In this document: positions 7,780-15,728 of the stretch, in pieces
Position numbering within the stretch: the first letter of the stretch is position 1
Layout: each line of letters opens with the position of its first letter
DNA from: Clostridia bacterium
GTDB lineage: Bacteria; Bacillota; Clostridia; Oscillospirales; CAG-272
DNA length: 38,331 bases
Assembly: GCA_017935195.1 (NCBI GenBank)
Contig: JAGBIB010000140.1
Span: 1 to 38,331, forward strand
Direction of reading: 5' to 3'
Made by a program: the position numbers and the translations under genes
Notes under the pieces: model-generated
Told to the model about the DNA's origin: nothing
The model's input: only the letters and a program-made list of their open reading frames with translations
Databases searched by the model: none

Positions 7780-9158
7780 CAAGCCAAGAGATCAAAGCCC
7801 TTCTTGAAAAGCAACGCGCCTTTTATAAGAGCGGCGCCACCCTTCCCGTGGATTTCCGCAAAAGACAGTTAAAGAAGCTTTACGCCTCGGTGAAGGCGCA
7901 TGAGCAGGAGATCAACGCCGCCCTGAAAAGCGATCTTGGAAAAAGTGCTTATGAGGGATTTATGTGCGAAAGCGGTCTGGTGCTCACCGAGATCGGCTAT
8001 ATGATCTCCCACACCAAGGGCTTTACCCGCAAAAAAAGAGTGCCCACTCCGCTGGCACAGTTTTATTCCCACAGCTACAAGATCGCCGTTCCCTACGGCA
8101 ACGTGCTGATCATGAGCCCCTGGAATTATCCCTTTTTGCTGACCCTTGACCCCCTTGCCGACGCCATTGCCGCAGGAAACACTGCCATCGTCAAGCCCAG
8201 CGCCTATTCCCCCGCCACGGGACGGATCGTTTCCACCATCATCCAAGAGTGCTTTCCTCCCGAATACGTGGCGGTGGTGGAAGGAGGCAGAGAGGAAAAC
8301 AAGTCTTTACTGGACGAAAAGTTTGACCTCATCTTTTTCACGGGAAGCCAGAGCGTGGGCAAGGAGGTGTTAAGGCACGCCGTCGAGCATCTGACCCCCG
8401 CCGTTCTGGAGCTGGGTGGAAAGAGTCCCTGCATCGTGGACGAAAGTGCCGACCTTGCCCTTGCCGCAAAACGGATCGTCTTTGGCAAATACCTCAATTG
8501 CGGGCAGACCTGCGTTGCCCCCGACTATATCCTCTGCCACGAATCGGTGAAGGATGCCTTTCTTGCCGAAGTCAAAAAGCAGATCGAAAAGCAATTCGGC
8601 ACTCACCCCTTAAGCAACCCCGATTACGGCAGGATCGTCAACCAAAAGCACTTCGACCGCCTTTGTAGGCTGATAGACGAAAAGAAGGTGGTATACGGAG
8701 GAGAGCGGGACGAAAAGGGCTTGCGCATTGCCCCCACCGTGATGGACGGGGTGACTCCGGAGGATGCCGTGATGAAGGAGGAGATCTTCGGACCCCTTAT
8801 GCCCATTCTGACCTACACCGATTTTGAAAAGCTGATCCAAGAGCAGAAGGATCTGAAAAAGCCCCTTGCCCTCTATCTCTTCTCCAAAAACAAGAAGCAT
8901 ATCAGAATGGTGGAGCAACAGCTTTGCTACGGCGGAGGATGCCTCAACGACGTGGTCATCCATCTTGCCACCTCGTCCATGGGATTTGGAGGAGTAGGAG
9001 AAAGCGGCATGGGCTCTTACCACGGCAAGGAGGGCTTTGATGCCTTTTCCCACTACAAGTCCATCGTGGACAAAAAGTGCTTGATCGACCTGCCTATGCG
9101 CTATCAACCCTACGGAAATAGGCTTTATGAAAAGCTTCTCCATCTTTTTTTAAGGTGA
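7776..9158 (+). CDS. NAD(P)-dependent aldehyde dehydrogenase (class 3-like, about 460 aa)
   Basis: Motifs are FTGS, ELGGKSP, the catalytic Cys in GQTCVAPDY, and EEIFGP. It forms an ATGA overlap with the alcohol dehydrogenase stop. Confidence 0.9.
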   Translation: MTSQEIKALLEKQRAFYKSGATLPVDFRKRQLKKLYASVKAHEQEINAALKSDLGKSAYEGFMCESGLVLTEIGYMISHTKGFTRKKRVPTPLAQFYSHSYKIAVPYGNVLIMSPWNYPFLLTLDPLADAIAAGNTAIVKPSAYSPATGRIVSTIIQECFPPEYVAVVEGGREENKSLLDEKFDLIFFTGSQSVGKEVLRHAVEHLTPAVLELGGKSPCIVDESADLALAAKRIVFGKYLNCGQTCVAPDYILCHESVKDAFLAEVKKQIEKQFGTHPLSNPDYGRIVNQKHFDRLCRLIDEKKVVYGGERDEKGLRIAPTVMDGVTPEDAVMKEEIFGPLMPILTYTDFEKLIQEQKDLKKPLALYLFSKNKKHIRMVEQQLCYGGGCLNDVVIHLATSSMGFGGVGESGMGSYHGKEGFDAFSHYKSIVDKKCLIDLPMRYQPYGNRLYEKLLHLFLR

Positions 9159-9195
9159 CAGCAAAACAACAATATCCCTCCAAAAATATTACTGC

Positions 9196-9233
9196 AAAAA
9201 AACTGCAAGGTCCAAAGACCTTGCAGTTTTTTT
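9196..9233. terminator. Bidirectional rho-independent terminator between convergent genes
   Basis: The layout is A7, CTGCAAGGTC, a CAAA loop, GACCTTGCAG, T7. The 10-bp stem is perfect and carries an A-tract on one side and a T-tract on the other. Confidence 0.85.
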
Positions 9234-9235
9234 AT

Positions 9236-9706
9236 TCAGTTCCAGGGCTCCACCTTATAAACGTCGATGTGGGGGAAGTCTTCACCATCCAGCTGATAGT
9301 ATCCAAGAACCCCTTCCACGATCACCCAGGATTTCTCTTCCGGATAACTACCGTCACGGGTGACCAGCTCAAAGCCGGTGTAGCAGCAGTTGGCGTTGTC
9401 CGCCACCGTCAGATAGTGATAGCCGTCATCGCCCGTGTAGTACTGTCCGCCAAAGCGCACCGTCTTGCCCACGAACTCTTCAAAATAGATCTGGATCTTC
9501 ACCGCCTTATTATACTGCTCGGCAGCATCAAGGACGGCAAGATCAAGGAAGGTTTCCTCTTCTTCCTCCTCAAGGCTGAGGGACTGCCACCACGCACTCT
9601 CGCCCTGCGAAGGCTTTTGTGCCTCAGATGTCGTGGTCGGCTGCCCGTTACAGGAGCAAAGAGCGAGCATCAGCGCCGCAAGAACGATCAAAACGATCCT
9701 TTTCAT
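9236..9706 (-). CDS. Small lipoprotein, last gene of the zinc-uptake operon; its C-terminal domain resembles the CC-motif domain of DUF1980/TIGR03943 proteins
   Basis: The ORF is 156 aa. It has a signal peptide with lipobox LALC|SC, an acidic run EEEEEE, then GKTVRFGGQYY...LTVADNANCCYTGFEL...WVIVEGVL. Its start forms an ATGA overlap with the znuB stop. The domain assignment is from memory of the family pattern and was not searched. Confidence 0.65.
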   Translation of the reverse strand: MKRIVLIVLAALMLALCSCNGQPTTTSEAQKPSQGESAWWQSLSLEEEEEETFLDLAVLDAAEQYNKAVKIQIYFEEFVGKTVRFGGQYYTGDDGYHYLTVADNANCCYTGFELVTRDGSYPEEKSWVIVEGVLGYYQLDGEDFPHIDVYKVEPWN

Positions 9707-10617
9707 TTTGTTTTTTTTCCTTTCGCAAGGGCTTTTTTACCCTTTACCCGATCGATAACCGCCTTGATGCCCATGCAAAGAAGGAGCGTAAGGACGTTGA
9801 AGCAGACCACGCAGGGGCCGATGGGCAGGGAGGACACCTGGTGTCCGAATTTGAACTGGATGACAGCCGAGAACACCAGACCCAAGCAGAAATTCAGCGC
9901 AGACAGCAGGGCGGCAACGGTGATCACGCTTTTGAAGCGCTTGCAGATGCGCATTGCCGAAAGCGCGGGGAAAACGATGAGTGCCGAGATCATGATCGAG
10001 CCGATCATCTTCATACCCACCACAATGGTCACTGCGGTAAGCACGGCGATCAGGATATTGTAAAAAGAGGCGTTGGTGCCTGCCGATCTTGCAAAGGCAG
10101 GATCGAAGGTGATGGCAAAGATCTTGGAAAAGAGCAGGACGAAGATGAGGATCACACCCACGGCGAGGATGACGCTCAGCGTCACGTCGGCACTCTTTAA
10201 GGCAAGGATCGAGGTGCCGAAGAGCGAGGAGCAAACGTCGCCCGCGCCCTTGTTTGCCACGCTGTAGATCACGTATCCCGCGGCAACCGCTCCCGTGCTG
10301 AGCATGGCAATGGCGGCATCGCCCTTGATCTTTCCGCTTTCGGAAAGAAGGAGGAGCACCACGGCGGCAATCACCACCAGCGGCATGGTGATGAGCATCT
10401 GCTTGCCCTCCGACACGCCAAGGGCGGCGGCAATGGCAAGAGCGCCAAAGCCCATATGGGAAAGGCCGTCACCGATCATAGAATACCTTTTCAGTACCAG
10501 CGGCACGCCCAGAATTGCGGCGCACACGGCGGTGAGCAGTCCAACGATCAGCGCCTTTACAAGAAGGGGCGCCAAATTCTCGCTGAACAGCGTTTCAAAG
10601 GAAATAACGAGCTGCAT
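9703..10617 (-). CDS. znuB: Metal (Zn/Mn-type, ABC-3 family) ABC transporter permease
   Basis: The ORF is 304 aa and polytopic, with the characteristic LKRYSMIGDGLSHMGFGALA motif. It lies 3 nt downstream of the ATPase gene. Confidence 0.85.
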   Translation of the reverse strand: MQLVISFETLFSENLAPLLVKALIVGLLTAVCAAILGVPLVLKRYSMIGDGLSHMGFGALAIAAALGVSEGKQMLITMPLVVIAAVVLLLLSESGKIKGDAAIAMLSTGAVAAGYVIYSVANKGAGDVCSSLFGTSILALKSADVTLSVILAVGVILIFVLLFSKIFAITFDPAFARSAGTNASFYNILIAVLTAVTIVVGMKMIGSIMISALIVFPALSAMRICKRFKSVITVAALLSALNFCLGLVFSAVIQFKFGHQVSSLPIGPCVVCFNVLTLLLCMGIKAVIDRVKGKKALAKGKKTK

Positions 10618-10620
10618 TCA

Positions 10621-11328
10621 TCAAACCTCTCTTTCCTTCGCTAAAACGGCTTCTCTGTCATATTCCTCAGTTGCTCCGAAATAAAGCATCCTTCTGCCTA
10701 AATGGAGGATGTGGGTGGCGTACTGCATCGCCTTTTCGGGATCGTGGGAGATCATGATCACCGCCATCCCCTCCTTTTTGTTCAGATCGTCGATCAGCCC
10801 GTAAAGCTCCTCGGTGACCACAGGGTCAAGACCGGCGGTGGGCTCGTCAAGCAGGATCAGATCCTCTGCGGCGCAAAGAGCGCGGGCAAGCAGGGCTCTC
10901 TGCTTTTGTCCCCCCGAAAGCTCCTTAAAGGAGCGGTCTTTTAAGTGAGTGATCTTCATCAGCTCGATATTTTTTTCGGCAAGGGCTTTATCTGCCTTGG
11001 TGTAAAAGGGCATAAAGCGTCTTTTGCCCTGACAGCCCGAAAGCACGACCTCCTTCACGCTTGCGGGAAAGTCCGCCTGCCCGGGCTGCTGCTGGGGCAG
11101 ATAGCCGATGGCGTTCTTTTTTAAGTAGGGGGCTCTTTCGATCTTGCCTGCCATGGGAGAAAGGAAGCCTAAAAGCGACTTCATCATGGTGGACTTGCCC
11201 GAGCCGTTTTGACCCAGCACGCAAAGATATTGTCCCTTTTCAATGGAAAAATCAAGCCCTTCGATCACGGGCATTCCCTCATAGCCAAGGGTCACGTTTT
11301 CAAAACGGATCAAGGTCTGTTCATTCAT
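10621..11328 (-). CDS. znuC: Metal ABC transporter ATP-binding protein
   Basis: The ORF is 235 aa with Walker A GQNGSGKST, signature LSGGQKQR and Walker B LILLDEPTAGLD. Confidence 0.85.
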   Translation of the reverse strand: MNEQTLIRFENVTLGYEGMPVIEGLDFSIEKGQYLCVLGQNGSGKSTMMKSLLGFLSPMAGKIERAPYLKKNAIGYLPQQQPGQADFPASVKEVVLSGCQGKRRFMPFYTKADKALAEKNIELMKITHLKDRSFKELSGGQKQRALLARALCAAEDLILLDEPTAGLDPVVTEELYGLIDDLNKKEGMAVIMISHDPEKAMQYATHILHLGRRMLYFGATEEYDREAVLAKEREV

Positions 11329-11337
11329 ATAAGCTCC

Positions 11338-12324
11338 TTATTCTGCCCCGAGGGCGAACTTTAAAACGTTGAGGTTTTGCTCCATTAGCGAGATATAATC
11401 CTGACTCTCAAAGTCCTTTTCAGAGAGGATATGGCAGGAATGGAGCATCAGCGCCTGCCCGCCCGTTCTCTTTGCCAGCGTTTCGGCATAGGAAGGATTG
11501 GAATTTTCCATATAGAGGATGGCAGGCAGTCCCAGCTCGGATGCCTTCTTATAAAGAGCATCCAGGGTGGTCAGCGAGGGCTCCACTGCCGAGGAGCATC
11601 CAAGAAATGCGGCATCAGCAAGAATGCCGTAGTCGTTGCAAAGATAACGGAAGGGGAAACGGTCGGCAAAGATCAGGGTATTAAAAGTCTTTTTTTCCTT
11701 TAATTCCTCGAATTTGCCGTCAAGCTCCGCCAGCTTTTCTTTATACGCCTCTGCGTTTTCCTCGTAAAACGAGGCGTTTTCGGGATCGATTTGCACCAGC
11801 TCGGCAAGAATGCCGTCCACCAGCTCCATTGCTCTTTTGGGAGAGGTCCAGACGTGCTCGTCAAGCTCCTCCTCGTGGCTATGCTCGTGATCATGGTCGT
11901 GCTCTTCCTCCTGCATTCCGGGGATGGCATCGTTACAAAGGGGCTCGTCGATCATGGAAAGCATCGTTTTATAAACGGCATCCGACTTGATCGAGGATTG
12001 AAGCTCCTCCATCAACGCCCCGTCGGACTCTCCGCCCACGAACAAAAAGAGGTCTGCTTCGTGAAGCTCGTCAAGCTTTGCAATGGAGATGTCCTTGAGC
12101 CCAAAGGAATGGGTCTCGGTGCCGGGCATCATCAGCATTTCCGCCCGCACCTTATCCCCCGCAATGTTTCTTAAAAAATCGTACTGAGGGAATACGGTGC
12201 AGACCACGTAGGGTCTGCCGTCCTCCTGCCCTCCCCCAAAGGAGATATTGCAGGCGGTAAAAGCCCCCAAAAGAAGGATTAAACAAAGGGCAAATGCCCC
12301 AAATCGGCTGAATGTTCTGATCAT
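11338..12324 (-). CDS. znuA: Zinc ABC transporter substrate-binding lipoprotein with a His/Asp/Glu-rich loop
   Basis: The track ORF 11338..12441 overlaps zur. I prefer the start at 12324 (MIRTFSRFGAFALCLILLLGAFTAC, with lipobox) because GGAGAGGAAG lies in the 16-nt gap after the zur stop. The loop EEEHDHDHEHSHEEELDEH is typical of ZnuA/AdcA-type binding proteins. Confidence 0.85.
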   Translation of the reverse strand: MIRTFSRFGAFALCLILLLGAFTACNISFGGGQEDGRPYVVCTVFPQYDFLRNIAGDKVRAEMLMMPGTETHSFGLKDISIAKLDELHEADLFLFVGGESDGALMEELQSSIKSDAVYKTMLSMIDEPLCNDAIPGMQEEEHDHDHEHSHEEELDEHVWTSPKRAMELVDGILAELVQIDPENASFYEENAEAYKEKLAELDGKFEELKEKKTFNTLIFADRFPFRYLCNDYGILADAAFLGCSSAVEPSLTTLDALYKKASELGLPAILYMENSNPSYAETLAKRTGGQALMLHSCHILSEKDFESQDYISLMEQNLNVLKFALGAE

Positions 12325-12340
12325 CGGTCTTCCTCTCCGC

Positions 12341-12772
12341 TCATGTGCGGTTCTCTCTTTTTTTCTCATCGGTGCATTTTCCGCAAACGCCGTAAAGAAC
12401 GCTTGCGCTGTTATCCACCGCAAAACGGTGATTTTTTTCAATATGGCGCAAAAGCTCGCTGGAAAGTCCGCATTCCAAATGGACCAGCGCTCCGCATTTG
12501 GTGCATTTCAGATGAAGATGCCCCTTGCAGTCGCTTTCGCTGTGGTATTGATAAAGCCAGCCTCTTCCCTGCTGCTTTGGAAAACGTCTCAGGATCCCGT
12601 CCTCGGTCAGCTGCACCACCAAACGGTAGATCGTGCTTTTTCCGAGGGTCGCTCCTTCCTCGTCCTCCACCGCAAAGATCTCTGCAAGCTGTTCTGCCGA
12701 GAACTGCTTTTCGGGGTGGCTTTTTAAAAAGGCGGTCAAAAGTTTTTTCTGTTCTGTCTGATATTTGCTCAT
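12341..12772 (-). CDS. zur: Fur-family metalloregulator, probably Zur
   Basis: The ORF is 143 aa with a winged-helix N-terminus, CxxC pairs (CTKCG...CGKC) and HLHLKC. It is the first gene of the zinc-uptake operon. Confidence 0.8.
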   Translation of the reverse strand: MSKYQTEQKKLLTAFLKSHPEKQFSAEQLAEIFAVEDEEGATLGKSTIYRLVVQLTEDGILRRFPKQQGRGWLYQYHSESDCKGHLHLKCTKCGALVHLECGLSSELLRHIEKNHRFAVDNSASVLYGVCGKCTDEKKRENRT

Positions 12773-12787
12773 ATTACCCTATTTTAT

Positions 12788-12865
12788 AAATTGAGAATTA
12801 CTCTTGAATTATAGCGAAAAAGTTTTATTTTGTCAAGAGCATTTTGAAAATAATTCTCAAATTGA
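12788..12865 (-). promoter_or_regulatory. zur-znu promoter with two Fur-family-like boxes
   Basis: On the reverse strand the promoter is TTGACA (12836-12831), a 17-nt spacer and TATAAT (12813-12808). A 7-1-7 box TGAGAAT-T-ATTTTCA (12859-12845) lies upstream of the -35. TTGAGAATTA (12791-12800) is an exact inverted copy of 12851-12860 and sits at the predicted transcription start. Confidence 0.55.
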
Positions 12866-12881
12866 GGAGGAGTTTTCAACG

Positions 12882-12914
12882 AAAAAAGCCGTGAGGGGGA
12901 TCATTCCTCACGGC
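12882..12914 (-). terminator. Rho-independent terminator of the MFS/M20 operon
   Basis: GCCGTGAGG (12888-12896) pairs with CCTCACGGC (12906-12914) in a 9-bp stem with a 9-nt loop. T6 follows on the reverse strand (12887-12882). Confidence 0.85.
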
Positions 12915-12923
12915 TCTGTATAT

Positions 12924-14057
12924 TCAAAAAAAGGGCAGGATCATTTCAAAACAGAGGCAAAGTCCGGGCAAAAGACTGTCTATCTCCACGTACTCCTCTC
13001 TGGTATGCGCCCCCTTGCCCTGACAGCATCCCACGCAAAGAGCGGGAATGCCCATGGAAAGGGGAATATTACAGTCGGTGGACCCGGGCACGAAGGACAC
13101 TTCCCTTCCGTAATGGGCAAGATACGCCGCTTCAGCCCGCTTTTCAAGGGCACCTTGCACCCCTTCGTCCACCTTCACCCCGCAGGGGCGTTCCCCGAGA
13201 GGCGTAACGGTAAGACGGGCGGAGGGCAGGTCAAACGCCTTCACCGTCCGCTCAAAAAAGTCCTTCATATAGGCAAGGCTCTCAGCGCTGTCCGAGCGGA
13301 ATTCGTAAAGCATCTCCGCATCCTCTGCAATGGTATTCACCGAGGTGCCGCCCGTCACCCTGCCCACGTTGTAGGTGGTTTTGCCTTCCTTTGGCAAGAC
13401 CACCTTGTCAAGAGCGCAGATCAGCTCTGCTAAATGGGTGATGGCGTTTTTGTTGCCAAAGGCGTTAAAGGAATGCCCGCCTGCCGTTTTCACCGACACC
13501 CGATAGCGCATAGAGCCCACCGCGCGGTTCACGGCATAGCCCTGATCCATACTGTCAAAGGTGACAAGCTCCCTTACCCTGCGTCCGTAACGTTCCATCA
13601 GGGCTCTACAACCCTTTAAGTTGCCAAGTCCCTCCTCGCCACTGTTGATGACCAGCAAAACCCCGCCGTCTGTGGGCGAAAGTCCCATTTGGGCAAGATA
13701 CTTCATTGCCATCAGCAAAGCGACAACGTTTGCGCTGTTGTCCCCAATGCCGGGACAAAAGATCTTCCCGTCCTCTTGCCGCAGGGGCAAGGGCTGATCA
13801 TCGGGAAAAACCACGTCGCTGTGCGCCATAAAAACACGGATGGGTCCTTCCCCCTCACAGTTTATGGGGAAGACCACGTTGAGCGCCTCGTCGATATATA
13901 CGCCCTGCGCCCCCTGCGCCTGCAGCCAATCCTTGCAAAAGGCGGCGCGCCCCTCTTCCCTTCCCGAAAAGGCGGGAAGTACGGCAAGGCGCAAAAGCAG
14001 GTCGAGTGCCTCCTGCCGATGCTCTTCTATATACGCTAAAACTCTTTGTTCAGGCAT
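12924..14057 (-). CDS. M20-family metallopeptidase (PepT/ArgE/DapE-like)
   Basis: The ORF is 377 aa with metal-ligand motifs MAHSDVV, GIGDNSANV and NSGEEGLGNLKG. It overlaps the MFS gene stop by 8 nt and has AAGGAG upstream. Confidence 0.85.
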   Translation of the reverse strand: MPEQRVLAYIEEHRQEALDLLLRLAVLPAFSGREEGRAAFCKDWLQAQGAQGVYIDEALNVVFPINCEGEGPIRVFMAHSDVVFPDDQPLPLRQEDGKIFCPGIGDNSANVVALLMAMKYLAQMGLSPTDGGVLLVINSGEEGLGNLKGCRALMERYGRRVRELVTFDSMDQGYAVNRAVGSMRYRVSVKTAGGHSFNAFGNKNAITHLAELICALDKVVLPKEGKTTYNVGRVTGGTSVNTIAEDAEMLYEFRSDSAESLAYMKDFFERTVKAFDLPSARLTVTPLGERPCGVKVDEGVQGALEKRAEAAYLAHYGREVSFVPGSTDCNIPLSMGIPALCVGCCQGKGAHTREEYVEIDSLLPGLCLCFEMILPFF

Positions 14058-15345
14058 CCTTTTTCTCCTTTCGCTTCACCGTTATAAGCAGCAGGAAGAG
14101 TGCCAATACTGCCGCCGCAACCAGGGCGGCGATAAAGATGCCCTCATTTGGCACGAAGGAGCTGGTGCCGTCGTTGTTTATAACGGTCTTTGCGTTTTTC
14201 AGCACCGTTTTACCGATAAAGGGACCGATCACGCCGGGTAAAAGCACCTGAGCAAAGATGCGTACCCCCTGAAGCATCCCCGATTTTCCCTCGGGTGTCA
14301 GCGCTCTGATGCGTGCGCCGAAGACCGCCATACCCGCAAGGTAGCCGCACATCATCAAAAGCGATCCGATAAAGACGAGTACCGTGCCTTTGAAGAAAAT
14401 GAGCAGAATATAGCCTGCCATCAGCCACAAAAGGCTGATCCAAGAAGAAAACACAAAGCCCTTCTTGTCATAGACCCTGCCCCACAAGGCGGTGACAACC
14501 GAGGCAAGGATGATGGCGGGCGCCATAATAAGCACGTAGTCCGTCATCTTCAGAGACACCTCGTAATAGAGGATCAGATAGGGCATAAAGATCTGAATGG
14601 AGATATTGAACAGCACGAAGGCGCAAAGGCTGAGGTAAAGCGAGGCGTTGCTCTTGACGGTGGAGGGCAGGAAGCCGTAAAAGACCGTTTTGAAGTACCC
14701 TTCCTTCACAGGCGCGATCTTGGGCTCCTTGATAAGGAAAAAGCCAAGCACACCCACCAAAAGCACCACGCCGCCGATGATGAAGAAGACAGCCGTCCAG
14801 CTTCCTTCTTTATCAAGATCAAAAGCCATAAAGCCGCCGAAGACCGCCAAAATGGCAACCAGAGGCATCATGGCGTTGATCCCCTCCGCCGCACCGCGGT
14901 TTGAAGGATCGGTGCTGTCAGTGAGCCACGCATTGAAGGCGGCATCGTTGGCAGTAGATCCGAAAAAGGTCATCAGACAGTCAAGAACGATGGTCAGCGA
15001 CACCCCCACCGTAGCGGCAGAAAGGGTCTGCGGGATCACAGCGGCAATGAGATCCTTTTTTAAAAGGGCAAAAGACAGGATGGAAACGCCCCAAAGGATG
15101 TAGCCCATACACATGAAGAGCTTTCTTTTGCCCACCTTGTCCGAGAGAGCGCCCATAAAAACGGTGGTGAGCGTTGCCGCCACCGCACTTGCGGCGACCA
15201 TGAGCGAAATGTCACCGGCAGAAGCAGAAAACATCTTATACATAAAGACGTTCAGATACATATTCTCCACCACCCAAGCGATCTGTCCGATCAGGCTGAA
15301 AATGGTGAGGGCAAGCCAAAACTTCGGGGAAAGTTTTCGTTTCAT
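14050..15345 (-). CDS. MFS transporter
   Basis: The ORF is 431 aa with about 12 hydrophobic segments and the MFS loop motif GALSDKVGKRK. A strong SD AGGAGGA lies 8 nt upstream. Confidence 0.85.
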   Translation of the reverse strand: MKRKLSPKFWLALTIFSLIGQIAWVVENMYLNVFMYKMFSASAGDISLMVAASAVAATLTTVFMGALSDKVGKRKLFMCMGYILWGVSILSFALLKKDLIAAVIPQTLSAATVGVSLTIVLDCLMTFFGSTANDAAFNAWLTDSTDPSNRGAAEGINAMMPLVAILAVFGGFMAFDLDKEGSWTAVFFIIGGVVLLVGVLGFFLIKEPKIAPVKEGYFKTVFYGFLPSTVKSNASLYLSLCAFVLFNISIQIFMPYLILYYEVSLKMTDYVLIMAPAIILASVVTALWGRVYDKKGFVFSSWISLLWLMAGYILLIFFKGTVLVFIGSLLMMCGYLAGMAVFGARIRALTPEGKSGMLQGVRIFAQVLLPGVIGPFIGKTVLKNAKTVINNDGTSSFVPNEGIFIAALVAAAVLALFLLLITVKRKEKKDA

Positions 15346-15386
15346 AAGGGCATTCCTCCTGTTGCAATTTGCTATACTGTAAATCT

Positions 15387-15415
15387 ATTATACCATAAAA
15401 GCAAAAAATTGTAAA
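15387..15415 (-). promoter_or_regulatory. Sigma-A promoter of the MFS/M20 operon
   Basis: On the reverse strand, TTTACA (15415-15410), a 17-nt spacer and TATAAT (15392-15387) with TGG immediately upstream (extended -10). It lies about 40 nt from the start codon. Confidence 0.65.
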
Positions 15416-15455
15416 GCGAAAATCCACAGGTGCGCCGACTTAACCACTCCCAAAG

Positions 15456-15495
15456 TTTTTAAACAAAAAGGAGCCTTCACGCCCAAAGCTCCTTT
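15456..15495 (-). terminator. Second, weaker terminator-like hairpin
   Basis: AAAGGAGC (15467-15474) pairs with GCTCCTTT (15488-15495) around a 13-nt loop. A T-rich run follows on the reverse strand. Confidence 0.4.
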
Positions 15496-15512
15496 AAACA
15501 ATGAAACGCAAA

Positions 15513-15544
15513 CAAAAAAGATCCAAGTCTTTCGACTTGGATCT
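15513..15544 (-). terminator. Rho-independent terminator immediately after the pseudo-tRNA 3' end
   Basis: AGATCCAAGTC, a GAAA loop and GACTTGGATCT form an 11-bp perfect stem on the reverse strand, followed by T6. Confidence 0.8.
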
Positions 15545-15694
15545 TGGCAGAGAGATGGGGATTCGCTCTCGGTCGCGCGTTGTCGCTTTCGCCCCTGCGA
15601 AAGCTCCGCTCCCTCGGTCAGGGGCGGCTCTGACTGCCACCGGCAGTCATTCACTCCCACCCCGTTCTCATCCCCATTATTCAAATCCGCCAAC
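15545..15694 (-). ncRNA. Unclassified 150-nt GC-rich structured element ending in a near-exact copy of the tRNA-Ser 3' end
   Basis: Nested helices, given in plus-strand coordinates:
- 15544-51 / 15686-93
- 15555-62 / 15670-77
- 15621-27 / 15657-63
- 15632-38 / 15642-48
- 15585-92 / 15597-604
Two of these helices need G-U pairs that exist only in the reverse-strand RNA. The 3' 21 nt match the tRNA-Ser 3' end at 20 of 21 positions. I recognised no known RNA family and saw no dedicated promoter. Confidence 0.4.
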
Positions 15695-15726
15695 AAAAAA
15701 GTGCACCCTATTGGGTGCACTTTTTT
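15695..15726 (-). terminator. Terminator hairpin after tRNA-Ser, the core of a 23-bp perfect inverted repeat
   Basis: The layout is A6, GTGCACCC, TATT, GGGTGCAC, T6. The repeat extends perfectly to 15686-15708 / 15713-15735, so its outer 7 bp include the tRNA acceptor 3' strand and CCA. Confidence 0.75.
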
Positions 15727-15728
15727 GT

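Noticed and set aside
9155-10200. Plus-strand ORFs of 302 and 193 aa
   Set aside because: They are antisense to the lipoprotein and znuB genes. Their proteins are arginine/histidine-rich nonsense.
12325-12441. N-terminal 39-codon extension of the znuA ORF that overlaps zur
   Set aside because: The extension has no SD and would overlap zur by 100 nt. The internal Met at 12324 has a strong SD and begins a canonical lipoprotein signal peptide.
12804-13433. 209-aa plus-strand ORF
   Set aside because: It is antisense to the M20 peptidase gene and has no motifs or SD.
15545-15694. The structured element as a riboswitch or leader of the downstream MFS/M20 operon
   Set aside because: Two terminators and a near-consensus promoter (15387-15415) lie between the element and the MFS start codon, so the operon has its own promoter downstream of the element. 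I could not match conserved cores of the TPP, cobalamin, ykkC, SAM, lysine, glycine, ZTP or T-box classes.
15545-15694. The element as a second tRNA, a tRNA-Sec or a tmRNA gene
   Set aside because: Only the 3' half of the T arm plus the acceptor 3' strand and CCA is tRNA-like. There is no matching 5' acceptor strand, D arm or anticodon arm. It is far too short for tmRNA and too long for tRNA-Sec.
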